A program made the translations under genes and the position numbers. The notes beneath the pieces are model-generated. The model searched no databases. It was not told the DNA's origin and worked only from the letters and a program-made list of their open reading frames with translations. This document shows, one piece after another, positions 58,862-64,000 of a DNA stretch of 64,000 nt. The stretch is from a virus (Duplodnaviria > Caudoviricetes), in the IMG/VR virus record IMGVR_UViG_2643221939_000004, positions 22,144-86,143 of that record; one strand, 5' to 3'. Within the stretch, counting starts at the first letter, position 1; each line of letters begins with the position of its first letter.

Positions 58862-58916
58862 GGATGCGGGGGCTGTCAGGTTCACTTTTTACCGGCGCCG
58901 GCTATTCGAACGGCCC

Positions 58917-58947
58917 AGACCGCTGATCACTAAAAGGTCAGCGGTCT
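58917..58947. terminator. Hairpin between the convergent late operon and cargo operon
   Basis: AGACCGCTGA/TCAGCGGTCT perfect 10-bp stem. Confidence 0.6.
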
Positions 58948-59014
58948 TGATGCGTTAAGAATGTGCTGGTTCGTCACCCCGACCTCGGGTCAATAGCTCA
59001 ATCAACCCATAATA

Positions 59015-60157
59015 TTACAGATTGGCCGCCTGCAGCAGAGTTTTGTAAAGAGCGCTCGACCCAGAGCTTCCGGGTGCGAAATTTTTTGTAGTAAACGTTG
59101 ATGCAGGCAAGTCTATAGTATTAAAAACGGACGAAAACTCGTCCTGACCAACGATCCGAGGGGTGTCTGTTTTAGAAAGATACGCATCCTGAAGAAATCG
59201 AATCAATGCGTTGTAGCCATTTGTTCGATTTAGAATAAATCCCTGATCTGACGAGTTCCAAGCTGTAGGCCACCTCTCGCGTACCGCTGCGAAGAAGTTG
59301 CTAACAATAGAAAATACCGCAACAGGGTCTTCGTTGCGATAAAAAGGCGTAAAAATATGCTGGCGAAAGGAGTCCTTGGGGGCAGGTCTGCTTGCTAAAC
59401 CCAAGAAGCCCTTGTTCCGCTCCTGGTCGGGGTTCGAAGGAAAATGACGGAGTAGTCCTCGAACGACAGTTGCCTGGGAGAGTGTCTCTTTTTCATCTAT
59501 TCCAGGCGTGGCAATCCCCAATCGCTTTATCCTCTGATAAAATGGACCGTCTTGATCTCGAACAAGTGCAATTACTACTTCATGCGCCATCTTAAATGGG
59601 CTCGGTGATTTGGCATAGGAAAACAGATCGTAGACAAGGCTTCTATTAACCTTCGTTTGAGCTAGATTAACAGTCGAAAAAATTTCAGCCTTGTCAGCCA
59701 TATCTACGCCGACAAAAATTGAAACGTTGACCTCGAAAGGCCTATCTTTCTTATGATAACCAAGGCCAGCAAGCCTATGCTGACCATCAATAATGAAGGC
59801 GGAGCGATCAATCGTTATAGCTTCTTCGTTTTCGCCTCCAGAATATCCATGAATGGTGAGTTGGTATAACCCCTCGCATCCTGCCATAGGTTCAATCGAC
59901 GCAGCGCGCTCATCAACTGCAATAACGATCGAAGTAGGAAACGTTGCGTAGTCGAAATTTACATATTCACCAATTTTTGTCACACGAGCAGTTGAAAGCT
60001 GCCGCTGTATGCCGGCAATATCCTCTGGATGCCCGTTAACAAAGTCTCGAACGTCAACTGTTGCAATCGACTCCAGTACCTCGGCACGAATTGCACCAAT
60101 GTAGAATTGGCCGATAGGCTGGTCTACCCGCAAAACCTTGAGAACTACGTTTTCCAT
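59015..60157 (-). CDS. DGQHR-domain (DndB/ParB-like) protein
   Basis: GIQR.L...R...I..Y, FPTSI, IIDGQHRL.G, F..VN..Q.KV..SL.YDL. Confidence 0.92.
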   Translation of the reverse strand: MENVVLKVLRVDQPIGQFYIGAIRAEVLESIATVDVRDFVNGHPEDIAGIQRQLSTARVTKIGEYVNFDYATFPTSIVIAVDERAASIEPMAGCEGLYQLTIHGYSGGENEEAITIDRSAFIIDGQHRLAGLGYHKKDRPFEVNVSIFVGVDMADKAEIFSTVNLAQTKVNRSLVYDLFSYAKSPSPFKMAHEVVIALVRDQDGPFYQRIKRLGIATPGIDEKETLSQATVVRGLLRHFPSNPDQERNKGFLGLASRPAPKDSFRQHIFTPFYRNEDPVAVFSIVSNFFAAVRERWPTAWNSSDQGFILNRTNGYNALIRFLQDAYLSKTDTPRIVGQDEFSSVFNTIDLPASTFTTKNFAPGSSGSSALYKTLLQAANL

Positions 60158-60693
60158 CAGCGTCCTCCTCGGCTGCGTGACTGTGATATGATGTTATCCG
60201 CGCGATTTACAGTGCTTTCTGCAGATGCTAAGAAATCAACTCTCTTTGATTTAATTGACATAAATAACCAAGCAAGATTTAGGAGGACATAAAGGATTAA
60301 AATAACTTGCAACAGCCAAGTTGGTCGAGCAGCCTCGAACCCTGGATTGTCGCCAACTATCGCGCCGATGACAAAGGCTCCTAGCGTAACTAACAGAGCG
60401 AAGATCGCATTTGTAGAGGTGCTTGCGCTGTTTGGTTTAAAGACGATAATGAATAGTATCGAACCGCAGACGCCAAGCGCTACGAGAGATAGTTCGCCTT
60501 TTGCAAAAAATGATATGAAGGATGCTTCAAATCCGGCGGCATCAAATTCGGGCCGCCTGGAAATAGCCAAGAACGCAGCTACAAATATTGGAGCAAAATT
60601 GAAAAATAGGCTGAAAACAAGTTCAAGAATTGATTCAGCTAACGGATATCTTTCGAGAAACTCGCCAACCTTACGCATTAACATGCCTTCCAA
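60157..60693 (-). CDS. Four-TM membrane protein
   Basis: Four hydrophobic segments; overlaps both neighbours; start probably 60684 or 60678. Confidence 0.8.
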   Translation of the reverse strand: MEGMLMRKVGEFLERYPLAESILELVFSLFFNFAPIFVAAFLAISRRPEFDAAGFEASFISFFAKGELSLVALGVCGSILFIIVFKPNSASTSTNAIFALLVTLGAFVIGAIVGDNPGFEAARPTWLLQVILILYVLLNLAWLFMSIKSKRVDFLASAESTVNRADNIISQSRSRGGR

Positions 60694-61486
60694 TCATGTA
60701 CATCGCCTCCGTCGTCTTTTTGCGCATTGAGCTGTCGCCCGCAATTACAGAATATCTATTCAACGGAACAGGCTCCGCTTCAGATCTGTACAGCTCGCGT
60801 ATTGAGTCGTGATCAGCATTGGTGAGAAATATGCGCGCGCCTCGACGGGCGGCTCTTACTAAGGCATCCTTTAATCTGACTTGATCATCCCAGCTGAACA
60901 TCTTTTGGTTGTACTTAACAAAGCCATTTGTGTTATGGGCCGTGGTGTAGGGTGGGTCCACAAAAAGAGTGTCATTTTCCGATGCGAGATCAACTGTCTC
61001 TTCGAAGTCGCAGCTTACTAGTTTTGCTCTTTTTAGTAATTCTGAGGCGCTGGTAAAGTCGTCGTTTGGGAAGAGAAGCTGCGTTTTAGAGCCGATGGGT
61101 ACGTTGAACTGTCCTCGCGTGTTTTCTCTGTACAGGCCATTCCAGCATGATCTATTCAGATAGAGAAATTGAGCAGCGCGCTCTAGCAAAGTTCCGTATT
61201 CTGTTGTCCTGGTTGTATAGTAATAGTCGCTATTATGTCGTTGAGCATGATCGGAAAGAAGTTTGTAAACAAGATGAGGATCGGATCTAATCGCCTCATA
61301 AGTTTCAATGAGCCTCGTATTTACGTCGCTAAGAATGGCTTGTTCGGGACTTGTATGGAAAAATACTGCTCCGCCCCCTAGAAAGGGTTCGATGTAGCGC
61401 GTGCCTCGCATATCCAGGTTCAGAAGCTTCCGCTCTACAAGCCACCGCTTGCCGCCTGCCCACTTCAGGAATGGTTTTAAAGCCAC
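60671..61486 (-). CDS. Dam-family (D12 class) N6-adenine DNA methyltransferase
   Basis: KPFLKWAGGK, EPFLGGGAV, FLYLNR..WNGLYR.N..G.FNVP, DPPY. Confidence 0.93.
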   Translation of the reverse strand: MALKPFLKWAGGKRWLVERKLLNLDMRGTRYIEPFLGGGAVFFHTSPEQAILSDVNTRLIETYEAIRSDPHLVYKLLSDHAQRHNSDYYYTTRTTEYGTLLERAAQFLYLNRSCWNGLYRENTRGQFNVPIGSKTQLLFPNDDFTSASELLKRAKLVSCDFEETVDLASENDTLFVDPPYTTAHNTNGFVKYNQKMFSWDDQVRLKDALVRAARRGARIFLTNADHDSIRELYRSEAEPVPLNRYSVIAGDSSMRKKTTEAMYMIGRHVNA

Positions 61487-61602
61487 GTCGTACCCTTACA
61501 CAACCAGAGCACGATGCATGGAGCTCCGTTGGTTGACGGTCAAGATACCTTGCCGTTTTGTTGTCACATTGTGGCTCGAAGGCCGACGCTTGGTTTAGGC
61601 GA

Positions 61603-62979
61603 TCAATATGAGGGCTTCGCACCACCCTTGGCTTGTAAGGCAAGGTTCACGACATTGTCCCTTCGGTCCGCGAAGGCTAGGATCTCTTGCAGAAGTGCGG
61701 CCCAGGCGTCCAGCGCTGCGCGCTTCTCCCGCATGTAGGCGTTGCGGTCATAGACAGCCGTCACCGCCGCCGTTCCGCCGCTATCGCTCGTGTGGTTGAG
61801 AACCTGGCTGACGGTGAACCGAGGCATGCCGATGCGCTCGCTGGTGATGGCGGTCGCGCCGGTTCGGCGGAGGTCATGCAGCGTGATGCCGGTCACGGGT
61901 TTCGTCCTCTTCGGATCGAGCCTCGTCGGAGACGGGACCTTCAGTTTCGGTAGAAGGCGCCACCAGGCATGAGACAAGGCCATCGACCCGACGGCTTTGT
62001 CGGGGCTTCGCGGTGACGGGAAGACGAATGCGCTGTCGCGCGCCGATCCGGCGCGAAGAGCGAGAGCCTCCTCGATCAGGGAGAAGGCGAGGTCGGAAAG
62101 CGGCACGACATGAAGCCGGCCGTTCTTGGTCCGCTCGCCCTGCATGGTCCACGTCCTCGCGCGCGCGTCGACCTCGTCTACCATCATTCCGACGATCTCC
62201 CCGCGACGCTGAAGCGTCACGGCGGCCAGCTTGATCGCGAGCGCCATCGGCGGTGAGACGCTGACCCCTTCGATGTCTGCCACGGCATCGAGCCCCTGCC
62301 ATACGGCCCGCAGCTCATTGTCATTCAGGATGCGCTCTCGCTCCTTCCAGCTCGGCGCGGAGACGAAGCGGGTGGGGTCGGTCGTGATGATGTCTTGCCA
62401 CATGGCATAGGCGAAGATCTTCTGCAGGACGTTGCGCGCGTGGCGCGCCGCGCTTGGCGACATCTCCGCCTCCATCTTGTCGACGGCGATCTGGATCTCG
62501 GCGCGGGTCAACTCGACGAGGGGGCGGCTGCCCAGGCGCGGAACCACCACCTTCTCGAAATAGCTGCGCTCCAGAGCTTGCGGGCCGGCGCGCATCGGCT
62601 TGCCGTTGAAGCGGTGCCGGCCGGTCGCCGTCTTCTCGATGTAGATGCGGCCGACAGCCTCGACGGTGTCGATGCGCCTCTGCGCCGCCGCTGCCGCCTG
62701 GGCCTTCCGCTCGGCCCCAGCGTCGATGCCGTCCGCGAGGGAGGCGAGGAGCTTGGACGCCTTGTCGCGGGCGAGGCTGATGGGCAGATCGGGGAAGCGG
62801 CCGATGCCGATCTTCTTCGACCGGCCGCCGCGATCGTCGCGCACGCACCATGACATGGTGCCGGCCGGCGAAACGCGGAGATAGAGGCCCCGCTGTTTCG
62901 TGTCGCGATAATCGACCGCGTTCTTCTCGGGCCTGGGAAGGCCTTCTATGCCTCCCTTGGTGTTCGGCAGCTCGGGCAT
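61603..62979 (-). CDS. int: Tyrosine integrase with arm-binding domain
   Basis: GLYLRV...G, IG.FP...L..AR; T.QRRGE, TKNG..H.VPL, HDLRRT, LNH, Y. Confidence 0.95.
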   Translation of the reverse strand: MPELPNTKGGIEGLPRPEKNAVDYRDTKQRGLYLRVSPAGTMSWCVRDDRGGRSKKIGIGRFPDLPISLARDKASKLLASLADGIDAGAERKAQAAAAAQRRIDTVEAVGRIYIEKTATGRHRFNGKPMRAGPQALERSYFEKVVVPRLGSRPLVELTRAEIQIAVDKMEAEMSPSAARHARNVLQKIFAYAMWQDIITTDPTRFVSAPSWKERERILNDNELRAVWQGLDAVADIEGVSVSPPMALAIKLAAVTLQRRGEIVGMMVDEVDARARTWTMQGERTKNGRLHVVPLSDLAFSLIEEALALRAGSARDSAFVFPSPRSPDKAVGSMALSHAWWRLLPKLKVPSPTRLDPKRTKPVTGITLHDLRRTGATAITSERIGMPRFTVSQVLNHTSDSGGTAAVTAVYDRNAYMREKRAALDAWAALLQEILAFADRRDNVVNLALQAKGGAKPSY

Positions 62980-62981
62980 CG

Positions 62982-63010
62982 TTGGACGGCCTTGGACGGA
63001 TATTGGACGG
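62982..63010. repeat. TTGGACGG x3 integrase arm-type sites (right)
   Basis: Copies at 62982, 62992 and 63003. Confidence 0.75.
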
Positions 63011-63125
63011 ATCGGGCCGGCCGGCCCTGAACCGTAGTGAACAACCGTGAAGGCTGCCGTCAAGAGAATCCAATGAAATCAATGGGTGAAAACCGGAGGA
63101 AACGGCGACGAACAGCTCTAGGTAT

Positions 63126-63174
63126 AGCTTCCCAAGCTGGATGTCGTGGGTTCGATCCCCATCGCCCGCTCCAA
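63126..63174 (+). repeat. attR core (3' part of tRNA-Gly)
   Basis: Identical to 26492-26540; lacks the tRNA 5' half. Confidence 0.95.
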
Positions 63175-63349
63175 AACTGGCAGACGACAGACCCTTTGGG
63201 ACAAAGCGACAGGTTTTGGGACTTGGTCGTGGCTTACGATCGTCAGAGAGGTGCGCGCGGCCCCTCGTTGCGCACTCAACCACAGGCAGACATACTCGAC
63301 GCAGAAGGCCACGGTGGCGCATGCACCCGGGTCACGTTTCGGGTCTGCC

Positions 63350-64000
63350 ATGCCGAATGCTGAGTCCCACTCCGACCATCAGTCGGCCGTCCGCCTGCTG
63401 GCATGCATCTGCGCAGCCGCTGCTCCGGTCAAAGGAGCAGAGTTCGGCCCCGACGTCGTCGGAATCCTCCATGCGCAGACCCGTTTGCAGGCTTTGGACT
63501 TCTGGGTCCGCTATCCCGACTACCTCGCCAACGAGCTCATCAACGAGTTCGCGTTGACGAGCGACCGGGCGGACCTCGACCTTGCGCGGCGAATCCTCGA
63601 CGACCGCGAGCCCGATCTGAGGCGAGTGCCGATGATCCGGTTCCACTTCGGCGCCTACGAGCCTGTCCACAACGCCATCTCGATCCTGAGGTCGCGGGAA
63701 CTCGTTCGGCAGCAAAAGGTAGGCGACCCGAATCACCTGAGGGAGACAGCCTACCTCCTCACGTCCCGCGGACGCGATGCCATGCAAAGGCTCGCCGACC
63801 TCGCGCCGGAACTCGCTTGGTACCGTGATCGGGCGGCGGTAGCGGCCCGCGTCGCGGGCGGCGCGGGAGCTTCGGCCCTCAAGGATCGGCAGTACCTTCA
63901 GAAGGAGTACGCCGCTACCCCGCTCAGGGGCACGATCCCTCCTATCGAGGACCACGTGCGCGAGAGGCTGAGGAAGATCGACGAGGGAGACGCGGGATGA
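63350..64000 (+). CDS. Hypothetical winged-helix-like protein outside prophage 2
   Basis: RLQALDFWVRYP, Y.LT.RG; ends in ATGA, suggesting a coupled downstream gene. Confidence 0.65.
   Translation: MPNAESHSDHQSAVRLLACICAAAAPVKGAEFGPDVVGILHAQTRLQALDFWVRYPDYLANELINEFALTSDRADLDLARRILDDREPDLRRVPMIRFHFGAYEPVHNAISILRSRELVRQQKVGDPNHLRETAYLLTSRGRDAMQRLADLAPELAWYRDRAAVAARVAGGAGASALKDRQYLQKEYAATPLRGTIPPIEDHVRERLRKIDEGDAG

Noticed and set aside
59015-61486. Classical type II R-M or Dnd phosphorothioation system
   Set aside because: No recognisable restriction endonuclease and no dndA/C/D/E genes
63126-63174. Second tRNA-Gly gene
   Set aside because: Only the 3' 49 bp are present; the acceptor 5' strand and D-arm are missing, so it is attR

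Overview
High-GC alphaproteobacterial DNA (inferred from the GapR homolog and overall gene content) holding two prophages side by side at a tRNA-Gly(CCC) gene (26465-26539). Prophage 1 (1 to about 26460, left part outside the window) is a contractile-tailed phage. It has a portal fused to an Acb1-like 2H phosphoesterase, head, neck, sheath, tube, tape measure, baseplate, fibre and lysis genes, then a leftward accessory block with an HD hydrolase and a Mom-like GNAT. Prophage 2 (26492-63174, about 36.6 kb) looks complete and podovirus-like and is bounded by identical 49-bp att repeats. It has xis, a cI/cro switch with visible operators, GapR, RusA, a replication initiator, a NusG paralog, terminase, portal, capsid, ejection proteins, adhesin, SGNH spike, lysis genes and integrase. 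The top candidates for new biology are: (i) a low-GC three-gene operon next to the integrase encoding a Dam-family MTase, a multi-pass membrane protein and a DGQHR/DndB-family protein; (ii) an antisense HEPN (MtlR-like) gene inserted at the terS/terL overlap, bounded by a 96-bp duplication whose redundant terL start carries a stop codon; (iii) the portal-Acb1 fusion. All family assignments come from motif recognition by eye, not from database searches.
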